Assembly (NCBI RefSeq): GCF_009914755.1
Contig: NC_060927.1
Strand: one strand, 5' to 3'
DNA length: 64,000 nucleotides
Source of the DNA: the human T2T-CHM13v2.0 reference genome, Homo sapiens
Positions 26,483 through 43,319 of the stretch are shown one piece after another (positions within the stretch are counted from its first letter, which is position 1; each line of letters begins with the position of its first letter). A program made the translations under genes and the position numbers. Below the pieces are notes generated by a model, which saw only the letters and a program-made list of their open reading frames with translations, searched no databases and had not been told where the DNA came from.

Positions 26483-27218
26483 CTGCAAAAGGAAAAGAAG
26501 TTGTGATGATTTGTTTCATTTAATTAACTTGACTTCACAAGCTCTATACTGCCATTGGTTTGCATCATCATATGAAAATCTTAAACAGCAGCTCACATTA
26601 ATGTAGTGCTTACTATATGCCAGGCACTGTTCTAAACGTACTTACATATATTAACTCATTTTACTCTCATAAAACCCTATAAGTACAATTACTATTTTAC
26701 AGATCAGTAAACTGAAACTCACAGACATTAAGTAACTAGCCCAGAGTAACACTAATAGATTGCCAAGCCGGAATTCAAACCTTACATGAAAAACTAATGA
26801 TGTTTCTAGAAGATTAAGATAAACAATGAACTACACACACATTAAAATAAATAATGCGTGTATCTGACAAGAGGCAAAGTTCCTCTTAGAGAGAGACTGA
26901 AGTTGCTTTAGGTTTCAAATTAAGCTTTATTCAAGTCACATTTTAAAATTACAAAATCCTGTACTTTACACCATATTTTAGTAGATTAAAACAATTTACT
27001 TTTCCTTAGCTGAATTATTTGTAATACAAGTAGTTAATATTCTTAGTGGAAAGGAAACAGATTATAATGACTCTAACCCTAACAACCCTTGTAAATCCAC
27101 CCTACAATACTTGTAATATAAATAATATGATGCCTAAGAAAGGACTTTAAATTCTTCCAAATAGTCAACTGTGGGCTACAGTTAATAAAATAGAGAAGCT
27201 TTTGTTTGAATTGAATAC

Positions 27219-27312
27219 CTGTGCGCCTACGAGGAAACAGCTCTTTTGCTGCAGCTATTAGATGATCAGATTTCTCCAACACATCTTGCATCTGGTATTG
27301 ATCAGAAAGAAT
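27219..27312 (-). CDS. SPICE1: SPICE1 exon 5 ([32 protein letters not shown])
   Basis: 94 nt, acceptor CTAG, donor CAG|GTATTC, ends in phase 1. Overlaps ORF 27079..27291. Confidence 0.95.
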
Positions 27313-27535
27313 CTAGACATGTGTTAATGACAAATATTATTATTCAGATTATATTTACTTTTCAAATCGCAAAGGAAAAGACCATAAAAAGGCCTGGAGC
27401 ATGAAAATAACCATAGGCTACCTTCCTAAAAACCTTCAGTAGCAATATCCTTAAGAACCAGTAGATGGGGCTAAGACAATAATTAGTGGCTTTCCAATAC
27501 CTGACTGAAATCCAAAGTAAGAAATATTCACAATT

Positions 27536-27887
<352 letters not shown>

Positions 27888-28376
27888 TTAATTAAATAAA
27901 AAGTTAATTAAAATAAAAGTTTTAATTAACCTTGCTCCATGAGAACCACTGATATTTTCTTGTTAATTTCTATTCTATTTTTTAAATGTTGGCAGCAACT
28001 CACTTCACAATTCATTAACAAATTATAATCCATAGTTTGAAAAACACAGATGAAAGATATGAATCTTTGAGCCATAAACTTAGAGGTGTTTCAACCACTA
28101 GAGTGAATTCAGAATCCACTAATGTAATCCACTAATGTGTCAAGTCATGACCTACAACTTTAAAAACATGACATAAGATATGAGTTTTAGCATTAAACAA
28201 AAAATGTGAGGCCTCTGTGTTTAAAAACAAATCAGTTTTTTACCCTGGAGAGGTAAGAACACAAAAAGTAACATTACAGTAGTGCCTCTGGATTATGCAC
28301 TTTCAACTTAGGAACTTTCATAATTAAAAGTAAGGCCACAGGCTAGAGTAAAAGCCAGATAATTCTCTCGGCACCA

Positions 28377-28389
28377 CCACCAGATGGCA
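28377..28389 (+). promoter_or_regulatory. Candidate CTCF core motif
   Basis: CCACCAGATGGCA fits the CTCF core CCASYAGRKGGCR, in non-repeat intronic DNA. Confidence 0.5.
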
Positions 28390-29130
28390 TTCTCAAGTTA
28401 AAAAGTACCTGGAAACTGCTCAGTTTCCAACACTTGACTCAAATTGATAAAATATCTGATAACAAATACTCTTACCAGAATTTCTCTATACTACAGAATC
28501 AAATACATACACAATGTGACCTCAGTTATTGTTTTAAGACACAGAAAGAAAAATAGCAAGAGTCACATTCTTAATTTTTCCCCTTCTTCCCCGGCTATAG
28601 CCAAGCAGGTTGGTTGACTCAGTGAGAAGAAAGCCCTGAATTTATTCCTTCTACAAAGAGTAAGCTTTGGAATGGTATCAGGTCAAGAGCACATCAGACC
28701 CAGAAGACTGAGAGTCCAGTCCCAGTCAACAACCCTTCCCCAGCCCCACAGGGGTGGTAGATGGATATGGAAACACTGAAAACCTATATACCACTCTAGA
28801 GATGTTTCAGAATTTTGCTATAACTTAAATTATATTATCCCACAAACCAAATTTCTATTCTTACTTAGCCGTCTTGCAAGTACAAGGAATTATGAGCTTA
28901 GGAAAGAATGTGAATGAATGAGTATAATCTTTCACTATACCAGAAAAATTACACAAAGCTTATTTCCTAATAATAATTTTAAGAGTTTACTATTTTTTAA
29001 AAGCATTGACCTATCAAAATAAAGAGATGGAATTGACACATGAAGATTATAATCTTATAACCATATTGAGACCTGATATTGATTATAATGAGGTCTCATG
29101 TAAAAACCATTATCTGTCACCTTCTGCTAG

Positions 29131-29354
29131 TCCAAGCTTGTCCAACCTGTGGCTCAGGATGGCTTTGAATGTGGCCTAACACAAATTTGTAAACTTTCTT
29201 AAAACATTATGAGATTTTTTTTTTACAACTTTTTTTTTTTTTTTTTTTTTTAGCTCATCAGCTATCATTAATGTTAGTTTATTTTATGTGTGGCCCAAGA
29301 CAATTCTTCTTCTTCCAATGTGCCCCAGGGAAGCCAAAAGACTGGAAACCCCTG
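29131..29354 (+). mobile_element. MER30-like hAT DNA transposon relic
   Basis: Motifs ttgtccaacc...tttgaatgtggcc...gtggcccaagacaattcttc...ggaaacccctg. Confidence 0.8.
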
Positions 29355-30124
29355 TTTAGTCCCTGCCCTTGGGAAAAATGGTTTGAGTGATCAAAGATCA
29401 GTGTATTGGCTTTTACTTCTTCTTTCTAGATTTATAACTCCTCTCATAAAGCCCATCCATTTGACAGGTAAACTGATCTCTACAAGCCTAACTCTATCTA
29501 TTACTACTCAAATGAGTTTGCAGAGCACAAACTTAAACCTGTAAGTGGTGGTACACATGTTGGATTTTCAAAGGATCCCAGTCTCTACAAAAAAAAAAGA
29601 CATTATCAGAAACTCGTCATCTTAGCCCTTTTGTACCACAGTAAAAGACATGAGGTAGAATTGGGAAATTACAAAGAGGCTTTAGGAGTTATTACATTTT
29701 GGGGATTTATAAGATCTTTTTGAAAGCCTCTCCATGAGTGAGAGGGAACCCTAATTTGCTTGATTCCCATGGCATGGGTACATCTTACAGCAAATGAAAT
29801 CTAAGATTATGCTGGCCAAAGAGCTTTCTCTTAATTTATGTTAATCTGGGAGTCCAGCTTCAGGTGGATGGGTCCTGTTAGCTTTAATACATAATGATGA
29901 AGCTTATGTGAATATGTCTAAGGAGGCTTCTTCCTTTGGTCCACTGCATCCCTTAAACAGAGACGTTGCAAATTTACCAACATTGAAATAAAAGATGCAC
30001 ATATCCATTGACTAAGCAATTCTACTTTTAAGAATTTATCCTGAAAATATACTTACATGTGTACCCAAAAACATTTTCAAGGATATTTATTACATTATTG
30101 ATAGTAGCAAGGTAGAAGACAATC

Positions 30125-30550
30125 TGTGGGTAACTGACAGTACTACTTAAGTATCCAGCAATGTTCTTTTGGTTTCTCCTTTAACAGCAGAACTCCTGCA
30201 TTTTAGCCAATTACATAGCTAGATTTCCCAACCATCTTTGTAAGTGGGAATGGCCATGTGATGACTTTCTGGCCAACAGGATATATGCCAGAACTTCTGG
30301 GTGACATGTAATAGGAGTAGCATGCACTGTTCTTCCTGTTTCCTGCTGGCTGGCATATAGCTGAATGAAGCTGCTATGGCCATTTTGTATTCAGAGACAG
30401 AAGCTGTGTAATAAAGGACTGCAGAGTTCCCTACCAGCTACCACTTTCCTCTCAACTGTTTAATAAACAGAAACAAATTTGTTTGTTTAAAGCAAAACAT
30501 ATAGGAGGGTATTTTTTTATTTCCAGAAGCTTAAACTATACTCTAACACA
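30125..30550. mobile_element. Old MLT1-type LTR
   Basis: Motifs ggccatgtga...tctggccaa and tttgtttaaagc. Confidence 0.55.
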
Positions 30551-30853
30551 CAACCTAAGTGTTCACCAATAAAGCACAGGATAAATAAATTGTGGTACAT
30601 CTATATGCTAATGGCCATCAAAAAGAAAAGGTAGATGTCTAAGCACTGACAGGAAATTATCCCAAGATATGCTGGTAGAGAGAAAATACCTGAATCCTGA
30701 TGAGAGCTGAGGTGCTCAACCCCTGCAGCACATTCAAATTACATAGGAACTGTCTAAAAAACACCTACATGGGGCCACATCCTAGGTCAACTAAATCTGA
30801 ATCTCTGGGTATAGAGTCCAGATATAGTTATATATATATGCATACATACATAG

Positions 30854-31381
<528 letters not shown>

Positions 31382-32158
31382 TGATTCTAATGTGCAGTGA
31401 GAGTTGAGAACCACTATACTAGTGCCTGAGGCAGCAGATCTACAAAAAGAAGGCAAAGAAACATCACTCATCGTCTCTCACCACCCTTCTTTAAACACCT
31501 ACTTCTACCACATCTATAACTTGTATGAGAAATTCAGGACATGAGCAGGAACCACTAGAGAAAGGAAAATAAGCCCAGAGTCTGATGCAATCCAAGCAGG
31601 CTGCCTTTTTTCGTGGTGAGATCTGTGTTTTTAGGCCTTTCACTGAGAATTACCCCATAACATTTAAATGTATGCGACTTGTCCAAGATCACCAAAAGAT
31701 ACTTACCTGTAAAGAAGCATTCTCTCAATCAAGCCACTGTTCTTTTCTCAAGCTCATGTAAACATTTATTTGGGAGATATTATTCTTCCTGATGATGTCT
31801 AAGACTGAGACTTTATTTCAATAAGAAGCCTAACAAATTCCTCAAAAGAAAATGTATGATTCAAAGCTGCCGTGAAAGGTCAGACAGCTAAGTGCTGTAC
31901 ATAAGCTTCAATCTGAACAAGGAGCAACACTACAGACAAAGCACATTCCTTCACAATGACTTCAGCTCAAATTTAAAAAGGTTATTTGCTGTAGTTTCCT
32001 CTTATTTCCCATATTGTTTATCCCTACATATCTGATTACTTATCTGAACACCCCACGTCTGGCAAAAGGTTAAGCCAAAGACAAGTTGCTTATTACTCAG
32101 TTGGACAAGCATACAACATCATTTTTTTTTCAAAGTAACCTAACAGCACTGCTGTTAA

Positions 32159-32296
32159 ACTGAGAAAAATAATTATAGCAGCTTATATATAAAAAGAGGA
32201 ATAAGAAAAGATTGTGCTAATCACTTTACTGAGAAAAATTATTATAGCAGCTTATATACAAAAAGAGGAATAAGCAAAGATTGTGCTATTCACTTT
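32159..32296. repeat. 69-bp tandem duplication (2 copies)
   Basis: 32159-32227 versus 32228-32296, 4 substitutions. Confidence 0.9.
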
Positions 32297-32607
32297 GTAA
32301 GTATTATATCACTGAAATCTCATAGCAATACAAGCAAATAATAATTTTAAATATGAGAAAATTCAGGCTGAAAAGTTAAATAATTTACTTAGGGTCACAC
32401 AGCTGGTAAGTAGTAGAACAGGAATTCAAACCACCAAACCAGACTCCAGTCACCACTCTGTTGCTTTTTTTGAAGTCCACATGTAGATTATTGAATAAGA
32501 ATGCAGTGATTACTAGAGTCTCTCCAACGTGAATCAAATTGAAGAAAAACAAAGAACCCTATTTATCTCCTTTTTTTCTTTCTAACTCTAATGCAGTTTA
32601 GCATTAC

Positions 32608-32751
32608 CTCCTTCATGATAGACAATCTTCTTTTCTCAAGATTTAAAGTTTCTGGTTTCTGCTTCCTCCATTTTCTCTTCAAAGCTTTTTCTTGGAGTTC
32701 CCAGTGTACTAATGCTCTATTCTTCGATTTGTGTATTTCATGACGGCGTAC
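32608..32751 (-). CDS. SPICE1: SPICE1 exon 4 ([10 protein letters not shown]...RRLSIMKE)
   Basis: 144 nt open frame, acceptor TATAG, donor GAG|GTAATG. Confidence 0.95.
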
Positions 32752-34164
32752 CTATACAGAAGAGAAAAGTACATAAAGGAATGTTTCAGACACAAAGAAG
32801 TTGCCTATTCAGATGATGAGATCACCTACTCTAGTTCATCACTTTTTAAACTTTTTCTGGTCCAATATGTGCATGTTTATATATATTCATAGCCAAAATT
32901 TTCAGTCCCCTAAATTTTCAAAAATGATCTTAAAGAAAGCAGTATATAGAACTGGTAAACCTACCTAAAAGATGTACAGAAAGAAATAATAATTTCTACT
33001 ACTTTTCTGCAAGACTATCCAGCAAACTAGTGTTTTTCAAACCACAGGTTGGGACTCACTTAATGGATGATAAAATCAATTCATGGGTCAAAACCAGCAT
33101 TTTTTTTTAACATACACATACACACATATACACACACTAACTGAGCACAATGTAAAAGGTACAAAATCCACCGAGTCATCTTTGGCAAAGACACACTCAT
33201 TTCATGATCATCACACTACTACCAAGAAATAATAATGTAGTGTTTATAGCCCTTCAATGGCCTCATGTGGGAGTGGGTCACTGAAAATACAGAAGTCAGG
33301 GAAATAGAGTTCCTGAAGTACAAGAAGAGATACGCGCCACAGATCTCAAGTGTTAGAGGGTTCACTAAGGTGGGTTCACTAAGGTTCACTAAGGTGGCTA
33401 AGAAATAAAATTAGATATTTGATTTTACAAGTACTCTAGTATTCAGAACTATGAACATGAACATATATGATAAAATGTACTGCTGAGTTTTCACCATGTA
33501 AATAAAAAATCAATCCATTAAAGAGACAATAACAAGTATTACACAAGGATTCTGACTCACAAAAAACAAATGAAGATGACATTTTTTAGACAATTGAGGA
33601 GATTTGAATATGGGCTAGGTATTAGGTGTTACAAATAATTATATTTACTTTTGTTGGATGTAATAATGGCACTGTGGTTATGTTGAAAAAAAAAAGGCTT
33701 ACATTTTTAAAAAATGCAAACTGAATATGTAAGCACAAAATGATGTGTTCTCTGGAATTTGCTTTAAAATATTTCAGAGAAAAAAGAAAAGGGTAAGATA
33801 AATGAAGCAACTGTGGCAAATTTTTAGTAACTATCCTATCTGGGTGAACAGTACATAGTAGTTATTTCTATTTTTATCTCCATTTTCCCTTGAGTTTGAA
33901 ATTTTTCATTTAAAAAATATTAACTCAGTTGGGCATAATTATTATTCTCAGTAAATAGTTAATGAGCACCTACTAGGATTAAGACTCCTGGGTACACAAA
34001 GATGTATAAGATATGGTCTGTATCTCTCAAAAGCATTAACAATCTGCCCATTGAGATTGGGCACATCCTTATAAAGACAAATGATATACATTAGATGTCA
34101 TATACTCAATGCCTAAGTTAGGTAGTAATAGTTCAGAGGAGATAACTGTTGGTCAGTTTCAAAA

Positions 34165-35850
<1,686 letters not shown>

Positions 35851-36347
35851 AACCTAAGTGGAAACATAAAAAAAAAAAGTAGGATTTGAACTAGGATAAG
35901 GAAGTAAGGTAAGATTTGAACGGGTAGAGAAGAAGGTACAGAAACTGTTCCAAGTAAGGAATGGGGGCTCAGACATGGAAATACACAGAAATTATTACAC
36001 TGACTAGAACAATATGTTTGTATAGGGAAGTAATAAATAATGCTGAAGATATCTATAGATTTTTTAAAAAGGCAGATAGATAGATATATATCAGGCAGTA
36101 CTAGACTGAAGAGATTTCAACTATAAACCCAACATATTTAATGAAACTCTAATACATACTAATTGATATTCCTAGCTCAAATCAGGAAGTCCAGAAGATA
36201 GGCGTTTTGATTTTATATAGACATAAACAAGATTAAACATAACTGAACAACTTCCAGGAAGTGCCTATAGTTTCTATTCTAAAGGTTACAAGTCAAATAC
36301 CAAATAAAACACTGAATAAATGACTTAAGTTTTGATATTAAACTCAC

Positions 36348-36395
36348 CAGATCTTCGGGAGTTGCCCGATGAACGGTTAGATCAGTCACGGTATT
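36348..36395 (-). CDS. SPICE1: SPICE1 exon 3 (NTVTDLTVHRATPEDL)
   Basis: 48 nt, acceptor TTTTTTTACAG, donor CTG|GTGAGT, in frame with exons 2 and 4. Confidence 0.95.
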
Positions 36396-36818
36396 CTGTA
36401 AAAAAAGGTGGCCTTTCTTTAAAAAAAAAAAAAAGTTTTCTTATAAAATATACACATTTATTGGATTTTAATGGCTAAAATGGTTTCAAAATCCTAGGAC
36501 CAAAAATTCTTTCTTTCTAGGAACCAGTATTCTCAATTTAGATATGAACACATATTAGTTTTAGGTGTCCTATTTATAGAAAATAACAGACTAATTTTAG
36601 ATGTCTTACAGAAAATAAGTACTGTATTCACCAAGCAGTCATACACTATAGTAAAACAATGAAAATACTCAAAATGAATATATGATATATGAATAAATGG
36701 TAGTATATATTCAAAATGAGTAAGTTTAACTAAAGTTTTAGTTTTCACACTGTAGTCTATGGAATCCCAGGATTCCACAACGTAACGCTAAAGGTTCCTA
36801 AAAGAAAGTGAGATCACT

Positions 36819-37120
<302 letters not shown>

Positions 37121-37610
37121 GAAAGTGTGATCACTATAGAGAGGTTCAATTTGTGTCTGCAAACATCTTAAGCATAGATGCTACTACAATGGAAGATGAA
37201 ATTTGAGGGCAATGCATAATTTCATAAAATGTAAAAACAGTCAGTTAAATTAAAAGGCACTAAACTATCATGGCAGGGCTACCACCCTGCACAACTCCAT
37301 AAGTTACCATTAATATCAGAGTCCGTGTAAATAGCACCCCTTGAAATTGTGTGGTACACAGGCTGCACAGCTCTAAGTAGCAACCCTGTAACTTGGCCCT
37401 TTCCAAAGCAACTTCAGCCATTTTGCTACACAGATTTGGTAAGGCAGGAAATAAAACAAGTTAGTTTTACTTCTAAGTGACGAGGAATACGAACAGTCAA
37501 AAATGGCTTCTGATCAAAGACTAAACTTTTTGGCCATGATTTATATTTGGCTCAAGGCTTTTCTGTATGAAAACTGTTATTACTTTTACAATGATTTAGA
37601 AAGGTACAAG

Positions 37611-37760
37611 AGCCAGGCATGGTGGTGTGCGCTTGTAGTCTCAGCTACCCAGGAGGTTCAGGAGGCCGAGGCAGGAAGATCTCATCATGAGCCCAGGAGT
37701 CTGAGGCCAGCCTGGGCAACATAGCAAGACCTTGTCTCAAAAAAAAAAAAAAAAAAAAAA
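37611..37760 (+). mobile_element. FLAM/Alu monomer
   Basis: Monomer with A-tail, flanked by AGAAAGGTACAAG repeats. Confidence 0.8.
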
Positions 37761-38195
37761 GGGAAAAGGAAAAGAAAGGTACAAGGTACAACTACAGGAT
37801 CATGAGAATTGTTTTTAATAGGCATTTAAAAACTCAGGCATACAAGTAAGTGATAGGCTTGAAATTTGTTCTCATGGAAGAAAATAATAATTCCATCAAT
37901 ACTAAAACCATTGCTTAAAACCATTTTCTTTTGACATTCCATTTAAATCTAATCTACAAGCCATTTCAGAAAATGTTTCACTATTTTTATCAAGACAGTA
38001 ATAATCAGTTTGATCTCTTCTCCATCATTTACCATTTACTCCAAATGACTTATGACTATTTTCCAAGTTCAGTCTACCTTCAAAAAACAAAAGATTTTTC
38101 CAGCACTGCAGATAAAATGAGGAAGGTTCTTAATGCAATTTCAAATGATAGATTTCAATTAAGTTTTAAGCAATAGTGGCATATTGGAATAAATG

Positions 38196-38430
38196 CAGTC
38201 ATCCCACAGTATCCAGGACACCCACATATACCAAAATCCACACATACTCAAATCCCACCTAATTGGCTCTCCATATCTGGGTTTTACATCCTGAAAACAC
38301 TGTATTTTCAATCCACCTTTCGTTGTAGAGGTGGAACCCCAGGATACAGCCAACTGTATTTATTGAAAAAAAATTCATGCGTAAATGAACCCGTGCAGCT
38401 CAAACTCATGTTGTTCAAAGGTCAACTGTA
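38196..38430. mobile_element. MER8/Tigger2-like Tc1-mariner relic
   Basis: Termini CAGTC...CAACTGTA, about 235 bp. Confidence 0.7.
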
Positions 38431-38787
38431 CTAAACTTCTCAAAGTAACCACTCTGAAGGGGAAAATATGTTATCACATATTTTTTTTTTCCGATTTATC
38501 AGTTTCCTTACCTTAGAGTCACATCCTTGTTATTAAAATTTTATAGCCAATCAGACAGCAACAAAACAATCTAAACACAGAGAAGTCCCGCTGCCCCACT
38601 TCAAAGGCTGTCAGTTTGCCCAGGATATCTGGCTAACATGGTAGGTTGCAAACAAGAAGATTCCAAGTCCAAAAGAATCCCTGAGATCCAAACTAATCCC
38701 TAACTAGTTACTCTTCACAATGGAAAGTAAAGACACCTAAAGTCTCATGGTCCAAACCAAAGTATCAGGTCACAAAAGAGAAATCTA

Positions 38788-39082
38788 GCTGGGTGCAATG
38801 GCTCGCCTATAATCCCAGCACTTTGGGAAGCGAAGGCACGAGGATCGCTTGAGGCTAGGAGTTTAAGACCAACCTGGGCAACACAGCAAGGACCTGTCTC
38901 TACAAAAAATATTTTTTTTAAGTTAGCCAGGGGTGGTGGTGCATGCCTCTGGTCCTAGCTACTCAGGAGGCTAAGGCAGGAGGATTGCTGGAGTCCAGGA
39001 GTTTAAGGCTGCAGTGAGCTATGATGGCATCACATCACTCCAGCCTGGGTGACAGGACATGACCCTGTCTCTTAAAAAAAAG
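38788..39082 (+). mobile_element. AluJ
   Basis: Diverged full dimer. Confidence 0.85.
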
Positions 39083-39672
39083 ATATAAATCCCCTTGGTA
39101 ACACCAGGCAATATTCAGGTTAGGAGCCATACATCACATGTTACAGGTACTTCAGCCTTGTCTTATACCACAAGAGAACATTTGTTCTGAAACCGATCAA
39201 CCTCTGGAATTGAGCAATTCATGGGATAAGAGAGCAAAGGTCACCTATTTTTTTCAGCCAAAACTGGCACTCACATGGTTATGATATCACTGGTTGCTCT
39301 GAGCAAACCTAAAAAAGGTACCGAAAAATTCACAGACTTCATTGACACCAGTGAGCTAGAGTTGCCTTTATGCAGTGAGTTCTCAGAGTCAAAGTGAAAA
39401 GACGTTTTTTAAAATATGCTCCCCATCCCCTTAGGATTCCAATTCTTCAGAGGATATAGAGGTTACAGCCTGGATGTGTGTATTCTAAAAACCTCCCCCA
39501 AAGGATTCTGCTTTTCCCTCCAAGACCTAGAATATCACATGCCCAGAAACCTATTCCACCCTATTACGTGATGAGCCCCATTCAGAACACCATCTTGCAT
39601 GACTAGGGCCATATCACTGTGTCCATTTCTCCAGAGTAATGTTACATTATTTACTATCCCACCTATACTCAC

Positions 39673-39771
39673 ATCCCATTCTTGTTTCACTGAAGTTTTC
39701 TTCTTCTTTACTTTCGGTGTCTTTCTTACACCAACTCGGGGACCACAGCGGTTCACTCTGACAAATGACAT
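39673..39771 (-). CDS. SPICE1: SPICE1 exon 2, first coding exon (aa 1-33, [33 protein letters not shown])
   Basis: Peptide recognised as the SPICE1 N-terminus. Acceptor TTCCTAG lies directly before the ATG (39771), donor GAT|GTGAGT, 99 nt, phase 0. Confidence 0.96.
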
Positions 39772-41104
39772 CTAGGAATAATAATCACATCAAATTTTTA
39801 AAATACAAGAAAAAACAATAAGCATCACCAGAGTGGGGGAAGACACCTGAAAAAAAAAACAAATTTTAAAATGCCAGAAGAAAAATTTAAGCATGATGAA
39901 AGGAACAGCCTATCAAAATACTTAGTTCTTTTATTTTACAACTAATAAATGTTGGTACTGATAATTATAATAAAAGAGGTCTCAAGTCAATAACTTATAT
40001 ATTTGATTAAAAAAGAACTCTAGGAATGCAGAAATTATGGCCTAAAGCAGAGAACTAAGACATTCGTCATAAGCTTTGTCATCAGTTACACAAATTTACA
40101 ATTAGTAGAAAATAGCCCAGTCACAAGCTAACAATATGAATGTAAGGTGAAGGGAAGAAAGGGCAAAAGAGAGTTGGAGTTCTTTTTTAAGCACTCTAAC
40201 ACTCAAAATCACTACCAGGTACATATGGGCTTACTTGAAAATAAAAGTAGCTAAACTTTAGAGAACAAATGAGGTATGATATCACTTCTAATATATCTGT
40301 CACATAATGCTAAATGGTGCTAATTATTGATTTTTTTCTATTGCTGATAAACAAATTAATAATTATTGATTTTAAACTAGAATTTTTAAATTGCCAACAT
40401 TAGTTTGCCACTGTTTAAACAGCAATGCTAAGCACACTAGACTACACATTACACCAAATTAGAAAAAGACCCATAGTCCCCGAACACCAGGATTTTACAA
40501 TACATATATATGACTTTTAAAAAGCAATACATATACATGACTACTATTGCAGACACTTTTAACCTACCTAAATAATTACAGGACTTTCCAGCTGACCCCC
40601 TTACTCCCAATTAGTCTAAAACAAGGACTCTAGTATTTTCCTTAAGTACTTTTTTTTAAAAAAAAATCATTGTCTACTATAATAAAAATGTCTAAATACA
40701 AGTATTTCTTAAGAGTTTGCCCTCAATCTTCCTTGCACTCTGTACTCTCTTAACAAGAACATTCACTCCTTAAACATGGTATCTAATTTCAGCATTTACA
40801 ATTTCAGCCAAAGAAAACAAGTCACATACAAGTTAGAAAATAACATTTAAGTTTTATGATGGTAATGATGATGATAGCCACGGTGGTAATGATGGCATCA
40901 GCTAACAGATACCGTGTGCTTACTATAAGCCAGATGCTATTCTAAGCTCTTTAAACATTATTTTCTTGAATCCTCACAATAACCCCATGAGGTACTTACT
41001 ATTTATTCCTCATTTTACAAACGAGAAAACTGAGAGACAAAAGTTAACCAACCATGAAGGTCACACAATTAGTAAGTAGCAGAGCCATAAGTACCATTTA
41101 AAAA

Positions 41105-42420
41105 GATACAGAATATAATAGAACAAAGAGTCTAAAACAAACCCTTACATTTATGGTCAGTTTTTCAACATGGGTGCCAAGACAATTCAACGGGGAAAGA
41201 ATAGTCTTTTCAACAGATGGTGCTGGGACAACTGGATACGCATATGAAAAAGAATGAAGTTGGACTCCTACCTCACACCATATTCAAAAATTAAATTGAT
41301 TCATGGATTTAAATATAAGAGCTAAAACTACAAAATTCTTAGAAGAAAACATAAGAGTAAATCTTCGTGAGCCGTGGGTTAAGCAATGGTTTCTTAGAAA
41401 TGACACAAAAAGCACAAGCAACCAAAGAAAAAAATAAATTGGACGTAATCAAAATTAAGAATTTTTGTGCTTCGAAGGCACAATCAAGAAAATGAAGACA
41501 ACCAATAGAATGGGAGAAAGTATCTGCAAATCCTCTATCTGATAAAGGACTTGAATCCAGACTATATAAAGAAATTTTACAACTCGACAATTTAAAAAAT
41601 CCGATTTAAAAATGGGCATAGGACTTGAATAGACATTCCTCCAAGGAAGATACTATAGACAGCTAATAAACACATGAAAAGATGTTCAACATAATTAGTC
41701 ATTAGGGAAATGCCAATCAAGATACCACCTCACACCGACTAGGATGGCTATAATCAAAAAGACGGACAACAACAAGCACTGACAAAAATATGGAAAAACT
41801 AGAATCCTCACATATTGCTCATGGAATGTAAAATAGTGTGGGCACTTTGGAAACAGCTGGCAATTCCTCAAGAAGCTAAACACAGAGTAACAACATGACC
41901 CAGCAATTCAACTCACATATTTACATCCAAGAGAACTAAAAACATACGTCCACGTAAAAACTTGTACATAAAAGGTCACAGCAGCATTTTGAACAGACAA
42001 AAAGTAGAGACATCCCAAATGTCCACCAACTGATGAATGTATTAATAAAATGTGGTATATCTACACAATGGACTATTACTTGGCAATAATAAGCAATGGT
42101 GTACTGATACATGCTACAACATGAATGAATCTTGAAAGGGTTCTAAACACAGAAGGCCCCCTATTGTTTGGTATCATTGATATGATGTGTCCAGAATAAG
42201 TAAATCCACAGAGACATAGATTAGTGATTGCCAGCATCTAGAGGGAGCATATAATGGAGAGTGACTGCTAATGGGTATAGTGTTTCTTTGGGGAGTGAAG
42301 AAAATGTTCTGAAATTAGATAGTAATGTTAGTTGCGCAATTATGTGAATTGACTAAAAACCTCTGAACTGTATACTTTAAAGGGTGAATTATAGCTCAAT
42401 AAAGCTGTTATTTTAAAAGA
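41105..42420 (+). mobile_element. L1MB-like 3' portion
   Basis: Degenerate ORF2 C-terminus and 3' end (...ctcaataaagctgtt). Confidence 0.8.
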
Positions 42421-42863
42421 TAGGAAAACAATAGTTATTCAAAGACATGAATCTAATGTATTTTAACCACTTAGATCTTTAACCACTTATATCTCCAATT
42501 TACTCTGCAAAAACAAGAGTCATAAAATGTCAGTATACCTATATGATGAATTATGTATCCATTAAAATTAAAAATGTTTAATGACAGGAAAATACATAAG
42601 AAGTATAAAAAGTAGAATACAGAACTGTATGTATAGTATATTCTCAATGATGTTAGAATATAGGCATTATTAATAAAGCACTTATCTCTGCTAAGAGCTT
42701 CACATTTGATCCCACAACCCTGTGAAGCCTGTTCTGTCTTGAGAGACAATATAGTATAAAGGCTAAGAATACAGTCTGGAATCACTGTCTGGGTTCACAT
42801 CCCAGCTTTTTCACTAACTATAAAACAGAACTAATTAAATATATAAGTGCTTAGAACCCCTGC

Positions 42864-43230
42864 TGATATGGTTTGGCTGAGTCCCCACCCAAATCTCATC
42901 TCGAATTGTAATCCCTATAATCCCCATGTGTCATGAGAGGGACCCAGTGGGAAGTGATTGGATCATGGGGAGCAGTTTCCCTCTTGCTGTTTTCATGATA
43001 GTGAATTCTCATGAGATCTGATGGGTTTATAAGTGTCTGGCATTTCCCCTGTTTGCACTCACTTTCTCTCCTGCCACCTTGTGAAAAAGGTACCTGCTTC
43101 TGTTTGGCCTTCTGCCATAATTTTAAGTTTCCTGAGGCCTGCAAAACTGTGAGTCAATTAAACCTCTTTTCTTTATAAATTACCCAGTCTCGAGTATTTC
43201 TTTATAGCAGCATGAGAATGAACTAATACA
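42864..43230 (+). mobile_element. THE1-family solo LTR
   Basis: TGATATGGTTTGGCTG...CTAATACA termini, 367 bp, 5-bp TSD CCTGC. Confidence 0.9.
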
Positions 43231-43319
43231 CCTGCCTAGCATACAAAATTGTATTTAAATGTTGAGGATAATGATGTCAGTGACAACAATTAACCCTTTT
43301 CCCAAATAAGAAAAATGAG

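Noticed and set aside
33359-33397. GGTTCACTAA(GG) three times, superficially like repeat-spacer or nuclear-receptor half-sites
   Set aside because: A short slippage duplication with no spacers. There is no CRISPR-like array anywhere in the window.
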